The notes: generated by a model from the sequence alone, not told the origin. A stretch of DNA of 64,000 nucleotides from an uncultured Bacteroidales bacterium (GCA_902798685.1 CADBXO010000010.1:30877-94876); one strand, 5' to 3'. Numbered from the stretch's first letter, positions 52,131 through 62,399 are shown. Numbers and translations are program-made.

Positions 52131-53906
52131 ATGGAGAGTTTTCTGCAGATAGACGGACTGTGCAAGTCATTCGGCGACCGCGTGATTTTTGACGGCCTCT
52201 CACTCAACATCAACCAGGGCGAGAAGGTGGGTCTGATAGCACGCAACGGCCAGGGCAAAAGCACCCTGCTGGACGTGATTGCCGGCAAGGCCGATTACCG
52301 CAGCGGCACCATCACGTTCCGCCGCGACATCCGCACCGCCTACCTGGTGCAGACCCCCATATTCCCCAAGGGCGCCAATGTGCTGACCGCCTGTTGCCCG
52401 GAGTCCGATGAGGACAAACTCCTGCGTGCCCGCCAGCTGCTCACCAAACTGGGTGTGCCCGATTTTGACAAGCCCATAGACCAGCTCTCCGGAGGCCAGG
52501 CCAAACGGGTTGCATTGGCTCAGGCACTGATGCAGGAGCCCGATTTCCTGATTCTGGACGAGCCCACCAACCACCTGGACGTGGAGGTCACCGAGTGGCT
52601 TGAGGATTATCTCACGGCCAGCCGCCTGACACTGTTCATGGTTACTCACGACCGATATCTGCTGGACCGCGTGTGCAACCGCATCATAGAGATTGATGAT
52701 TTCCGCGCCTACTCCTACTCCGGTAATTACAGTTACTATCTGGAAAAGCGCCAGGAGCGTCTGGATGCAGAAAGTTCGCAGCGTGAGAGTGATCTGAACC
52801 TGTACCGCCGCGAGCTGGACTGGATGCGCCGCATGCCCTGCGCCCGCGGAGGCAAGGCACGTTACCGTAAGGAGTCGTTCCATCAGTTGGAGGAGCGCCT
52901 GCAGCACCGCCGCGACGAGCAGAGCGTGGCACTGGATGTAAAGGCATCGTACATCGGCAAAAAGATATTTGATATTGAACACCTGAGCAAGGCGTTCGAT
53001 GACAAGATAATACTCAAGGATTTCAGCTACATCTTTACCCGCTACGAGAAACTGGGTATCATAGGTGAGAACGGCGTGGGCAAATCCACGTTCCTCAAGC
53101 TCCTGCTGGGCATTGAGCAGCCCGACAGCGGTGTCATCGGCCGCGGAACAACATTAAAAATAGGATACTACTCACAGGAGGGCCTCAAGTTCCCCGAGGA
53201 TGCCAAGGTGATTGACGTGGTGACCGCCATTGCCGACCACATAGTCCTGGATGACGGGCGCCGCATGTCGGCCGGGCAGTTCCTGCAGAAATTCCTCTTT
53301 ACGCCCAAGACTCAGTACAGCTACGTGAGCAAGCTGAGCGGAGGCGAGCGCCGCCGCCTGTACCTGTGCACCATACTGATGCAGAGCCCCAATTTCCTGA
53401 TTTTGGACGAGCCCACCAATGACCTGGACATTATGACGCTCCAGGTACTTGAGGAGTACATTGCACAGTTCAAGGGCTGCGTGATTGTGGTATCGCATGA
53501 CCGATACTTCATGGACAAGATAGCCGAGCATCTGCTGGTGTTTGAGGGTGACGGCAAGGTGACCAATTTCCCATCATCATACAGCGACTACATGGAGTAC
53601 AAGGTGCTCAAGGAGGATGAGGAGAAAGCCGCCGCAGCCGCCAAGAGCAAAGCCGCCGCTCCGGCGCAACAGCCCGCAGCAACCGCCAATCGGCCAGTAA
53701 AACTCACCTTCAAGGAGAAACGTGAGATGGAGCAGATTGAGCAGGAACTCCAGCAGCTTGAGGAGGAAAAAGCCCAACTTGAGCAGGAACTTAACAGCGG
53801 CACCCTGCCCTACGACCAGTTACAACAAAAGTCCGCTCGTATCGGGGAGATAATGGAGCGGACTGATGAAATAACGATGCGCTGGCTGGAGCTGAGCGAA
53901 AAGTGA
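52131..53906 (+). CDS. ABC-F family ATPase (Uup/YheS-like, two ABC cassettes + C-terminal coiled coil)
   Basis: Walker A motifs ARNGQGKST and GENGVGKST, signatures LSGGQAKR and LSGGERRR, and Walker B motifs ILDEPTNHLD and ILDEPTNDLD. The track ORF start (51528) runs antisense through the MBL gene. Confidence 0.9.
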   Translation: MESFLQIDGLCKSFGDRVIFDGLSLNINQGEKVGLIARNGQGKSTLLDVIAGKADYRSGTITFRRDIRTAYLVQTPIFPKGANVLTACCPESDEDKLLRARQLLTKLGVPDFDKPIDQLSGGQAKRVALAQALMQEPDFLILDEPTNHLDVEVTEWLEDYLTASRLTLFMVTHDRYLLDRVCNRIIEIDDFRAYSYSGNYSYYLEKRQERLDAESSQRESDLNLYRRELDWMRRMPCARGGKARYRKESFHQLEERLQHRRDEQSVALDVKASYIGKKIFDIEHLSKAFDDKIILKDFSYIFTRYEKLGIIGENGVGKSTFLKLLLGIEQPDSGVIGRGTTLKIGYYSQEGLKFPEDAKVIDVVTAIADHIVLDDGRRMSAGQFLQKFLFTPKTQYSYVSKLSGGERRRLYLCTILMQSPNFLILDEPTNDLDIMTLQVLEEYIAQFKGCVIVVSHDRYFMDKIAEHLLVFEGDGKVTNFPSSYSDYMEYKVLKEDEEKAAAAAKSKAAAPAQQPAATANRPVKLTFKEKREMEQIEQELQQLEEEKAQLEQELNSGTLPYDQLQQKSARIGEIMERTDEITMRWLELSEK

Positions 53907-53914
53907 CAAAAAAC

Positions 53915-54559
53915 TTATCCAATATACTTGAGGATCAAGTCAACAGCCTCCTCTTCAGTCTTATCCTGCATCGATATCACAAGATCATAGTTTCTGGGAT
54001 CATATCTGCTAACCCCGGTATGGCGCTTAGCATAGTCGTCACACAACTGATCAACCTCCTTAATAAACTTCTCGGCCTCAGCCTTGGAAGCGATTCCCTT
54101 CTTTTTCATGACTCTCTCCACACGGCATTCCATAGGAGACTGTATCCATATATGAAGATGGTTGGGATGGTCCTTGAATGTGACGAAACTGCAACGACCC
54201 ACTACAACGCATGACTCGGCATCGGCTATACCTTTAAGTATCTCCTGCTCGGTTTTGAACTTCTTATCCGTATCGTTTTTCTCGGGAACCGCATAGTTGG
54301 GCAGGTTGTCATAGATGGATACTGCAAAGCCGCCGTCCAGCTCGACTATCTTCTTCAGGTCCGGCCACCAGGTACGTTTCTTTGACTTAAGACGATCTAT
54401 CTCTTCATCGTTCAGGCCTTCCTTATCTTCAAGTGACGCCAGATGTGCCCTGTCATAAAAAGGCACGCCCAACTTCTGGGCCAGCAACTTGGCCACAGTC
54501 CTTCCGCCTGTACCTAACTCACGATTGATTGTAATGACAAACTTGTTTGATGTATTCAT
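53915..54559 (-). CDS. Cytidylate-kinase-like family AAA ATPase
   Basis: MNTSNKFVITINRELGTGGRTVAKLLAQKLGVPFYD is the N-terminal P-loop variant typical of this Bacteroidales family. The internal ATG was chosen by arithmetic on the track coordinates. Confidence 0.65.
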   Translation of the reverse strand: MNTSNKFVITINRELGTGGRTVAKLLAQKLGVPFYDRAHLASLEDKEGLNDEEIDRLKSKKRTWWPDLKKIVELDGGFAVSIYDNLPNYAVPEKNDTDKKFKTEQEILKGIADAESCVVVGRCSFVTFKDHPNHLHIWIQSPMECRVERVMKKKGIASKAEAEKFIKEVDQLCDDYAKRHTGVSRYDPRNYDLVISMQDKTEEEAVDLILKYIG

Positions 54560-54749
54560 ATATAAAAGCATTATTGGTATTGTCCAAAAGCAAATATAAA
54601 GGATATTTTCACATTTATCAACACTTTGGTAAAAAAGTTTCCAAACGCACTTACATGAGGGCAAAGCCCGAATCGGCCGGAGGCCGCCTTTCGCGAAGCG
54701 AAATAAAAATTTCTTCATTCAAGGCTGTGATAATCTCAAAAGATTGCAC

Positions 54750-54757
54750 TACCTTTG
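54750..54757 (+). promoter_or_regulatory. -7 box TACCTTTG upstream of the TPP riboswitch
   Basis: Exact TAnnTTTG. Confidence 0.5.
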
Positions 54758-54763
54758 CGCCTT

Positions 54764-54860
54764 GAATGAAAGGGGGTGCCCGATGAGGGCTGAGATTATA
54801 CCCTAAGAACCTGATCCGGACAGTGCCGGCGGAGGGATTGGATTTCGAGTTATTGGTGTA
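54764..54860 (+). promoter_or_regulatory. TPP (THI-box) riboswitch
   Basis: GGGGGUGCCCGAUGAGGGCUGAGAUUAUACCCUAAGAACCUGAUCCGGACAGUGCCGGCGGAGGGA matches the universal THI element (GGGGUGC..GCUGAGA..ACCC..AACCUGAUC.GG..AAUGCC.GCG.AGGGA). Confidence 0.9.
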
Positions 54861-54893
54861 CCCTTTTTCATTTGGATCATTAATTAAATCTAT

Positions 54894-57380
54894 ATGAAAA
54901 AGGTATTTTTTTTGTCCTTAACCCTAATGACAAGCCTTGCAGTCAAGGCAGGTAATGAAACATTTGAGGCCGATTCACTGCGTCTCAGACAACTTAACGA
55001 AGTCGTAATTGACGGCGTACGCGCCCATGAAAACGAACCGTTTGCCACAACCGATATCAGCCGTCAGGAACTTGACAGCTATTCCAAGAGCGGACGCGAA
55101 CTCCCCTTCCTGTTCTCACGCACTCCCGGTGTGATAGCATGGAGCGAGAACGGAACAGGCATCGGCACCACATACATGCGTATACGCGGTGCGGCCGATT
55201 CACGCATCAACGTAACTCTGGACGGCGTAGCCCTGAACTCACCCGAGGACCAGTGCGTATTCTGGGTCAACATGAACAGTTACGCATCCCTGCTGGGCAG
55301 CGCACAGATACAGCGCGGTCTGGGCACATCGACCGTTGGTGACGGCGCATTCGGAGGCTCCGTAGCACTTACCAGCAAACTGCCCAACCCCGAAAAGAGC
55401 GCTGAACTGACAGCATCATACGGATCATTCAACACCCTGCGTCTGGGTGGTGCATTCTCAACAGGCGAGATTCTGAACAGCCTGATCTTTGACGCCGCTT
55501 TCAACATGACCAAGACCGACGGTTTCATGCACGGAACAAAAGGCCAGGCAGGCAGTTACTACGCAGGTCTGCTCTGGACTCCCAGTGACAACGTAATGGT
55601 ACGTTACCGCAACATAGGCAACTTTGAGGTCACCGGTCAGGCCTGGAACGGCGCCACAGCCGGAAACGATGACTCCAGCCTTATGGACGACATGTATCTG
55701 GGCCCCACCGGAATCAAGGAGTACAAGGATATGTACAATGCCGGACTTGGCCAGTACAACAGCCTCTACGAGTATCTTGACTACGATGACGCCAACTGGT
55801 GCTTTGTTCAGGATGCCGACGGCAAGTACGTCACTCACCGTTACCAGATGAAGGACGGTTCATTCTGGGACCGCACCACCGACAACTTCTGGCAGGACCA
55901 CAACATCCTCTCTCTTGCATGGAACGTAAGCGATGCATTCTCGACATCACTTACAGCCCACTACACCTACGGTTACGGCTACTATGAGGAGTTCCGATAC
56001 AAGAACAAGGTAAGCAAGTACGGTCTTGCAAACGGCCTGAACGCCGACGGCGATCCCGTTTGGAGCGACGGCACCAACAGTGTCAAGAAGACCGACTTTG
56101 TCCGCAAGAAAGGACTGGAGCAGCACACCTACGGTGTCATCTGGAACAATGTTTACAATGCAGACCGTCTTGACCTGCGCAGCGGCGTATCGTTGCAGCA
56201 GTTCAAGGGCAACCACTTCGGACGTCTGCCTTACATAAAGGATGACGCTCTCAGGGAGTACGTATATTCAAACGGCAAGGACACCTATTATGATTCCGAT
56301 GCCACTAAGAATGACCTGAGCGCATACGTCAAGGCCGGATATGACATTCTGGAGAGCCTCCATGCATTTGCCGATATGCAGTTCCGTCACGTCGGTTACA
56401 AGACTGACGGCTACAATGACAAGTATACCGTTGACAATGCAGGCAACAGCAAAAAGCACATGCTTGACATAGACAAGAAGTACAACTTCCTCAACGCCAA
56501 GGCAGGTCTTACATGGAGCACAGGCGGTCACCGTCTGCACGCATTGGTTGCAACCGCAGCCCGTGAGCCCGAGCGCAACAATTTTACCGACAACGGCACC
56601 TACCCCGCTCCCAACCCCGAGCGCATGATTGACTACGAGGCCGGTTACAGCTTCACTGGCAGCATCTGGAACGCCGGAGTGAACTTCTACTATATGGATT
56701 ACAAGGACCAGTTCGTCCAGACCGGAGCAGTAAGCGATATAGGCGAGGCACTTACTACCAACATCAAGAAATCATACCGAACCGGAATAGAACTGACAGG
56801 TGCAGTTCAGCCTCTCAAATGGCTGTCACTGGAAGGTAACGCAGCCCTGAGCGAGAACTGCCTCAATGACTTTGACGAGGTAATTGAGGACTGGCGTGAC
56901 AAGTATTCACCCAATGACCCCAGCATCGAGCAGTACAAGCAGGATTACCACATTGACGGAAACGGCGACAAACTGCGCACCATACCCCATAAGGGCAAGA
57001 CACCGCTGGCATTCTCACCGTCAGTCATACTGAACGGATTCGTAAACTTCAACCTGGGCAACTTCAAGGCCACCTGGCACACCGGTTACGTAAGCCGTCA
57101 GTATCTTGACAACACAGGCAACAACGACCGTTCACTGCCCGCATACTCTCTCTCGGATCTCTCGCTCTCATATACAGTCCCCATGAAAAAAGCACTCAAG
57201 AGCATCGTGATTGGTGCTGACTTCAACAATGTTCTCAATGCCCGCGTCGCAACAAACGGCTGGGTATACTCCGCAGTTGACGAGAAGGATGGCTTCACCC
57301 CTGACCACCGCTACTACCAGATCGGTTTCATCCCGGCAGCACCCTTCTCAGCATTGGCACACTTAACCCTGAAATTCTAA
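54894..57380 (+). CDS. TonB-dependent outer-membrane receptor (thiamine-regulated)
   Basis: 828 aa with a signal peptide, plug-domain blocks (RIRGA..SRINVTLDGV.LN) and a C-terminal beta-barrel ending ...LTLKF. It lies directly downstream of the TPP riboswitch. Confidence 0.85.
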   Translation: MKKVFFLSLTLMTSLAVKAGNETFEADSLRLRQLNEVVIDGVRAHENEPFATTDISRQELDSYSKSGRELPFLFSRTPGVIAWSENGTGIGTTYMRIRGAADSRINVTLDGVALNSPEDQCVFWVNMNSYASLLGSAQIQRGLGTSTVGDGAFGGSVALTSKLPNPEKSAELTASYGSFNTLRLGGAFSTGEILNSLIFDAAFNMTKTDGFMHGTKGQAGSYYAGLLWTPSDNVMVRYRNIGNFEVTGQAWNGATAGNDDSSLMDDMYLGPTGIKEYKDMYNAGLGQYNSLYEYLDYDDANWCFVQDADGKYVTHRYQMKDGSFWDRTTDNFWQDHNILSLAWNVSDAFSTSLTAHYTYGYGYYEEFRYKNKVSKYGLANGLNADGDPVWSDGTNSVKKTDFVRKKGLEQHTYGVIWNNVYNADRLDLRSGVSLQQFKGNHFGRLPYIKDDALREYVYSNGKDTYYDSDATKNDLSAYVKAGYDILESLHAFADMQFRHVGYKTDGYNDKYTVDNAGNSKKHMLDIDKKYNFLNAKAGLTWSTGGHRLHALVATAAREPERNNFTDNGTYPAPNPERMIDYEAGYSFTGSIWNAGVNFYYMDYKDQFVQTGAVSDIGEALTTNIKKSYRTGIELTGAVQPLKWLSLEGNAALSENCLNDFDEVIEDWRDKYSPNDPSIEQYKQDYHIDGNGDKLRTIPHKGKTPLAFSPSVILNGFVNFNLGNFKATWHTGYVSRQYLDNTGNNDRSLPAYSLSDLSLSYTVPMKKALKSIVIGADFNNVLNARVATNGWVYSAVDEKDGFTPDHRYYQIGFIPAAPFSALAHLTLKF

Positions 57381-57386
57381 AAGACA

Positions 57387-58022
57387 ATGTTATCCGATAT
57401 CTGGCAGTATATCGCCGGTCAGTTTACCGGCATGGATTTCTGGGCATCGATCCAGACAGTTGGACTTATCCTGAGTTTCATCTACCTCTGGCTTGAGTTC
57501 CACCAGAAGCCGCTCATGTGGATCATAAGCGCCATGTGCTCCATGATCTACGCCAGCGTCTATTTCCACAGCAAGATATACGCCGATATGGGATTCAGCT
57601 GCTTCAATATCTGCATGTGCGTTTACGGTTTTATTAAATGGCTCCATGGTGACCGTAAACGCGCATCGCAGGATATTGTATACCGCCACTTCCGTGCCAA
57701 GGAGTTCCTGGCGGTGCTGGGGGCATCGGCCCTTATCTGGGGTGCCATTTTCTGTATCCTCCGTTTCCTGACCGATTCGCCCGTACCTGCGCTTGACGCC
57801 CTTACCACCATGCTCAACATAATCGGCACCTGGGTACTTGCCCAAAAGATAATCGAGGTATGGGGCATATGGTTCCTGGTAAACCTTATCTCAATCTACA
57901 TCTACTGCCGTCGCGGACTGCATCTTACCACTATCCTGCTCTACAGCTTCTATCTGGGAGCATCGGTTTACGGTTACATCAAGTGGCGCAGACGCGGCAG
58001 GCGTATCCTTGAAAATTGTTGA
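57387..58022 (+). CDS. PnuC-family transporter (PnuT-type thiamine transporter by context)
   Basis: 211 aa, multi-TM, with the PnuC-like W-rich motif IGTWVLAQKIIEVWGIWFLVNLISIYIY. It starts 6 nt after the receptor gene. Confidence 0.75.
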   Translation: MLSDIWQYIAGQFTGMDFWASIQTVGLILSFIYLWLEFHQKPLMWIISAMCSMIYASVYFHSKIYADMGFSCFNICMCVYGFIKWLHGDRKRASQDIVYRHFRAKEFLAVLGASALIWGAIFCILRFLTDSPVPALDALTTMLNIIGTWVLAQKIIEVWGIWFLVNLISIYIYCRRGLHLTTILLYSFYLGASVYGYIKWRRRGRRILENC

Positions 58023-58100
58023 AAACTTCTTGTTCCGGCCAGCCCACCCGCACGCATAATATAGGTACCTTTGGTTTCCAGAATTAAAGCAAGCATCACT

Positions 58101-59204
58101 ATGCAGCCTTATCTGGAGAATACATTCCTGCAGTCTGCAGGACGCCACAACGGGACCGACATCTACAGTCTTAAGGGTGGCAAGTTCAGCAATAAGTACT
58201 TTATTATCAGCAATGAAGGCACACGTCATCTCCTGGCCGCGCCCGAGGTTATAGGATATGATTCCTACCTTGCCATGTGCGGTGCCACCAGTGATATGCT
58301 GGGTTGGCTCAAGGAGCAGGACATGGTGCCCGACAACGCCGACATCATGACCATCCTGCGCGGCGGTCTGAACTATCCGCTCGAGGAGTGCTGTTACCGT
58401 AACGGCATACGCATCAACAACATGGACTTTGTCTCATGCGAGCGTGTAATCCGCAACAACCAGATCACCGGTCTTGACATCCGATACACCAAACTGCGCG
58501 CCCCGCAGGACATAACCCTGATGATAGGTGACATCATCGCATCGGGCGAAACCCTGGCACGCTGCATCCGTTACATCATAGCCGAGTTCAAGCGTCTGGG
58601 CGGCAGTATCCGCCGTATGGTCTTCTTTACCGTCGGAGGCACCCGCGCCATCGAGCTGTTTGAGGAGCTCACCCCCGAGTTCCGCTTCCACTGGCCTGAG
58701 TTCGAGGGCATCACCTGCATCTTCTACGAGGGTATCTTCTCGGCCTACAAGGATAAGGGTGTGACCGGTATCAGCTGGCCTGCAATCGACTTCTTCTGGA
58801 AGGACGGCGTCATCTCCCCCGAGTTCCGCAAGTATGTACTGGCCGATGACGACGCGCTGTTTGAGAAGTGCATCATCTACGACGGCGGCGCACGCCGTTA
58901 CGAGATCCCCGACCACTATCACGAGGTAACCGAATACTGGACCGATATCAAGGCCGCAGCAGGTAACTTCAAGTTCAAGGATTTCCTGGATGAGAAACTG
59001 GGTTACCGCACTCCCGTCAGCCAGAAGAAATGGCTGGAACTGAACCACTACCAGAACCTGGACCAGGATGAGATGACAGGCCTCTACGCATTGGAGAAGG
59101 ACTTTGCGGAGAAATCGGCCAATCTGGATATCCGCGAGATTGCCGACCGCCGTCTGCGCGAGTTCAAGAAGGCTCTCAAGCCCTACAGTTCAATCAAGAA
59201 ATGA
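58101..59204 (+). CDS. Phosphoribosyltransferase-like (UPRT-like core) protein with ~170-aa C-terminal extension
   Basis: ILRGGLNYPLEE (UPRT ILRAG-like) and the PRPP-loop-like ITLMIGDIIASGETLARCI. 367 aa from the ATG at 58101. Confidence 0.55.
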   Translation: MQPYLENTFLQSAGRHNGTDIYSLKGGKFSNKYFIISNEGTRHLLAAPEVIGYDSYLAMCGATSDMLGWLKEQDMVPDNADIMTILRGGLNYPLEECCYRNGIRINNMDFVSCERVIRNNQITGLDIRYTKLRAPQDITLMIGDIIASGETLARCIRYIIAEFKRLGGSIRRMVFFTVGGTRAIELFEELTPEFRFHWPEFEGITCIFYEGIFSAYKDKGVTGISWPAIDFFWKDGVISPEFRKYVLADDDALFEKCIIYDGGARRYEIPDHYHEVTEYWTDIKAAAGNFKFKDFLDEKLGYRTPVSQKKWLELNHYQNLDQDEMTGLYALEKDFAEKSANLDIREIADRRLREFKKALKPYSSIKK

Positions 59205-59228
59205 TTTCACCAAACAAACTTTAAAGAT

Positions 59229-60485
59229 ATGGCTTACAAGAAACCCGATGTAGACTTTACATCAAGCAGAGTAACCCCCGAGGGCCGCAAGAGCAACCTC
59301 AGTATGTTTATGGTTATGCTGGGATTCACCTTCTTCTCAGCAAGTATGTGGGCTGGCCAGAACCTGGCTGCAGGCCTTAATTTCGGACAGTTTATAGGCG
59401 CTTTGATACTTGGTGGTATCATCCTGGGCGCATACACCGGCACACTCGGATTCATCGGTGCCAAGACAGGTCTTACACTTGACATGCTGGCACACCGCAG
59501 CTTCGGCCGCAAGGGCAGCTGGCTTCCCAGTGCAATGATCAGCTTCACTCAGATAGGTTGGTTCGGCGTAGGTCTGGCCATGTTCGCCATTCCTGTTGCT
59601 CAGGAACTCCTCCATCTTGAGGTTTCGGCCGATCACATGCCGTTCGTTGGTTATGTTCTGGTTGCCGTTGCCGGTATCCTCATGACCGCCAGCGCATTCT
59701 TCGGAATCAAGAGCCTTACCATCGTAAGCTGGGTTGCAGTTCCTCTGGTTGGTATCCTGGGTACTGTTGCAATGATCATGGCCGTACGTCGCGGTGACAA
59801 CACTCTGGTTGAGCAGTTCGCTCTGATCAATGACGGTTCACTGACCGTTATCACCGGTGCCGGTCTGGTTATCGGTAGTTTCGTATCAGGCGGTACCGCT
59901 ACTCCTAACTTCGCACGTTTCAGCAAGACCGCCAAGATTGGCTGCATCACCACTGTTGTAGCTTTCTTCCTGGGTAACTCACTGATGTTCTTCTTCGGTG
60001 CCGTATCAAGCATCTACGTTGGCGGTAACGATATCTTCGAGGTTATGCTTAACCTGAACATGTTCTACATCGCAGTATTCGTTCTGGGTCTGAACATCTG
60101 GACAACAAACGACAACGCCCTCTACTCATCAGGTCTGGGCCTGTCAAACATCTTCGGATGGTCCAAGAGAACAATGGTGCTCATCGCAGGTATCATCGGC
60201 ACACTGGCTGCCGTATGGCTCTACTGGAACTTCTGCGGCTGGCTGAACGTTCTGAACTGCACCCTGCCTCCTATCGGCGCAATCCTGATTATCAGCTACT
60301 TCATGAACCGGGGTGACTATGAGTCCGATGACGTTCAGATCAAGACCGTCAACTGGGCATCAGTTATCGGCGTTGTTCTGGGTGCTGTCGTAGCCAACCT
60401 GCTCAAGTGGGGTATCCCCTCTATCAACGGTATGGTCGTAGCTGTCATCTGCTACCTCATAGGATATCGTCTGGACCGCAAATAA
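59229..60485 (+). CDS. NCS1-family permease (CytX/CodB-like: hydroxymethylpyrimidine or cytosine)
   Basis: 418 aa, about 12 TM. The N-terminal ...VMLGFTFFSASMWAGQNLAAGL and ...TTNDNALYSSGLGLSNIF resemble the purine-cytosine permease family. Confidence 0.7.
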   Translation: MAYKKPDVDFTSSRVTPEGRKSNLSMFMVMLGFTFFSASMWAGQNLAAGLNFGQFIGALILGGIILGAYTGTLGFIGAKTGLTLDMLAHRSFGRKGSWLPSAMISFTQIGWFGVGLAMFAIPVAQELLHLEVSADHMPFVGYVLVAVAGILMTASAFFGIKSLTIVSWVAVPLVGILGTVAMIMAVRRGDNTLVEQFALINDGSLTVITGAGLVIGSFVSGGTATPNFARFSKTAKIGCITTVVAFFLGNSLMFFFGAVSSIYVGGNDIFEVMLNLNMFYIAVFVLGLNIWTTNDNALYSSGLGLSNIFGWSKRTMVLIAGIIGTLAAVWLYWNFCGWLNVLNCTLPPIGAILIISYFMNRGDYESDDVQIKTVNWASVIGVVLGAVVANLLKWGIPSINGMVVAVICYLIGYRLDRK

Positions 60486-60547
60486 GTAACACCCATCCGA
60501 TTTTTTCTATATATTCGCAGCACAATTAATCCTAAATTTAAACGGAT

Positions 60548-61420
60548 ATGAAAAAAACATTATTCTTTCTCGCAGTTTTGCTGCCGATGAGCCTCTGCGC
60601 TCAGGAGGAATCGGCATGGACCCATGAGGGTCTCACAGGTGTTAACTTCTCACAGACATCATTCACCAACTGGAGCGAAGGTGGTGAGAACTCAATGGCC
60701 GGAAACGTCTATTTCAACGGTTCTCTCAACTACAAGCAGGGTAAGACCGCATGGGACAACAGCCTTAGCGCAAACTATGGCTTGAACTATACTGAAGCTA
60801 CACAGTGGCGCAAGAACATTGACAATCTGAACCTGTCATCAAAGTTCGGCCGTCAGATTACCGACAAGCTGTACTACGCAGCCCTGCTCGACTTCAAGAC
60901 CCAGATGGGTTACGGCTACGCCTACGGCGATGACAGCCGCGAGCTCATCTCCAAGTTCCTGACTCCCGGTTACCTGAACCTCTCAGTCGGTATCGACTAC
61001 AAGCCCAACGACCACATCAGCCTTTACTACTCACCCGTAGCAGGTAAGATGACTATGGTTAACGATACCACCTTCTCAGTACGTTACGGCGTTGATCCGG
61101 GCGTTAAGACACGCTTCGAGCTCGGTTCAAGCTTCAAGGGTACCGTCAACTACAGCCTTTGGGATGACAAGCTCACCATCAAGTCTGTTCTTGACCTCTT
61201 CACCCCGTACAACGAGACATTTGGTAACGTTGATGTCAACTGGGATGTTCTGGTTGGTCTGAATGTAACCAGTCTGCTCACCGTCACCTTCCAGTCAACA
61301 CTGAAGTATGACGATGACATCAAGACTTACCTGACCGATGCCAACGGCAACACCGAGATCCGCGGCGCACGCGTTCAGTTCAAGGAGATCCTTGGTGTAG
61401 GTCTGAGTTACAAGTTCTGA
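60548..61420 (+). CDS. DUF3078-family outer-membrane protein
   Basis: Signal peptide, then W..EG..GVNFSQTSFTNWSEGGENS, the hallmark start of DUF3078, and a beta-rich remainder. Confidence 0.7.
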   Translation: MKKTLFFLAVLLPMSLCAQEESAWTHEGLTGVNFSQTSFTNWSEGGENSMAGNVYFNGSLNYKQGKTAWDNSLSANYGLNYTEATQWRKNIDNLNLSSKFGRQITDKLYYAALLDFKTQMGYGYAYGDDSRELISKFLTPGYLNLSVGIDYKPNDHISLYYSPVAGKMTMVNDTTFSVRYGVDPGVKTRFELGSSFKGTVNYSLWDDKLTIKSVLDLFTPYNETFGNVDVNWDVLVGLNVTSLLTVTFQSTLKYDDDIKTYLTDANGNTEIRGARVQFKEILGVGLSYKF

Positions 61421-61440
61421 TTTATTGAAGGCAGGCAGTC

Positions 61441-62340
61441 ATGTGGTTGGCATTTGCGCTTGTATCGGCCCTCTTTCTGGGACTGTATGACGTAGCAAAG
61501 AAGCAATCACTCAAGGAGAACGCGGTCATTCCGGTTCTTTGGTTCAACACCCTGTTCTGCTCACTTTTAATGCTGCCGTTCACGCTCCTGTCAGCCAAGA
61601 CAGGACTGCTGGACGGCAGTATTTTTTATGTCCCCACAGCCGGCTGGGAGCAGCACCGCCTGCTCATGCTCAAGGCATTCATCGTGCTGGGTTCCTGGAT
61701 ATTCGGCTACTTCGGCATGAAACACCTGCCCATCACCCTGTTCGGCCCCATCAACGCCACCCGCCCCATCATCGTTCTGCTGGGCGGCCTGCTTCTGTTT
61801 GGAGAGCGCCTCAACCTCTATCAGTGGATTGGTGTTATCATTGCCGTGATTTCCTTCTACATGCTCAGCGTGAGCGGCAAGAAGGAGGGAATCAGTTTCA
61901 CTCACAACAAATGGGTGTTCTGCGTAATCATGGCCACCCTGCTGGGAGCCGTCAGCGCCCTGCTCGACAAGTACCTCCTGGGCCGCTTCAACAACATGTT
62001 CGTCCAGGCCTGGAGCAACTTCTACCAGCTGGCCCTGATGACGGTCATCCTATTCACCCTCTGGTGGCCCACCCGGGGGCGCACCACCCCCTTCCAATGG
62101 AAGTGGCCCATCATCTTCATCGCCGTCTTCCTGACCCTCGCAGACTACGCCTACTTTGTCTCCCTGGCCCAAAGCGCCTCCATGGTCTCAATAGTCTCCA
62201 TGATCCGCCGCTCCAGCGTAATAGTATCCTTCCTCTGCGGCGCCCTCCTCTTCCACGAGAAAAACCTGCGCAGCAAAGTCATCGACCTCCTCCTGGTATT
62301 GCTGGGATTGTTCTTCCTGCTTATAGGCTCGCTACAGTAA
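61441..62340 (+). CDS. EamA/DMT-family transporter
   Basis: 299 aa, 10 predicted TM helices in two halves. The overlapping 307-aa ORF (61539-62462) is an out-of-frame artefact. Confidence 0.7.
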   Translation: MWLAFALVSALFLGLYDVAKKQSLKENAVIPVLWFNTLFCSLLMLPFTLLSAKTGLLDGSIFYVPTAGWEQHRLLMLKAFIVLGSWIFGYFGMKHLPITLFGPINATRPIIVLLGGLLLFGERLNLYQWIGVIIAVISFYMLSVSGKKEGISFTHNKWVFCVIMATLLGAVSALLDKYLLGRFNNMFVQAWSNFYQLALMTVILFTLWWPTRGRTTPFQWKWPIIFIAVFLTLADYAYFVSLAQSASMVSIVSMIRRSSVIVSFLCGALLFHEKNLRSKVIDLLLVLLGLFFLLIGSLQ

Positions 62341-62348
62341 CAAAAAAA

Positions 62349-62381
62349 GTGTGCAAAAGGGGGCAGACCCCAATTGCACAC
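62349..62381. terminator. REP-like hairpin / bidirectional terminator GTGTGCAAAAGGGGGCAGACCCCAATTGCACAC
   Basis: Same family as 581, 16895, 21631 and 22930. It sits between convergent genes. Confidence 0.7.
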
Positions 62382-62399
62382 TTTTGCACGTTAGGATGC

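Noticed and set aside
52200-52982. 260-aa minus-strand ORF. Similar long antisense ORFs are at 58434-59048, 47535-48077, 35948-36424, 36461-36979 and 53172-53531.
   Set aside because: All are antisense shadows inside well-supported genes (ABC-F, PRT-like, GH43, GNAT-like). They have low-complexity Ala/Gly/Val/Leu/His-rich composition and no motifs.
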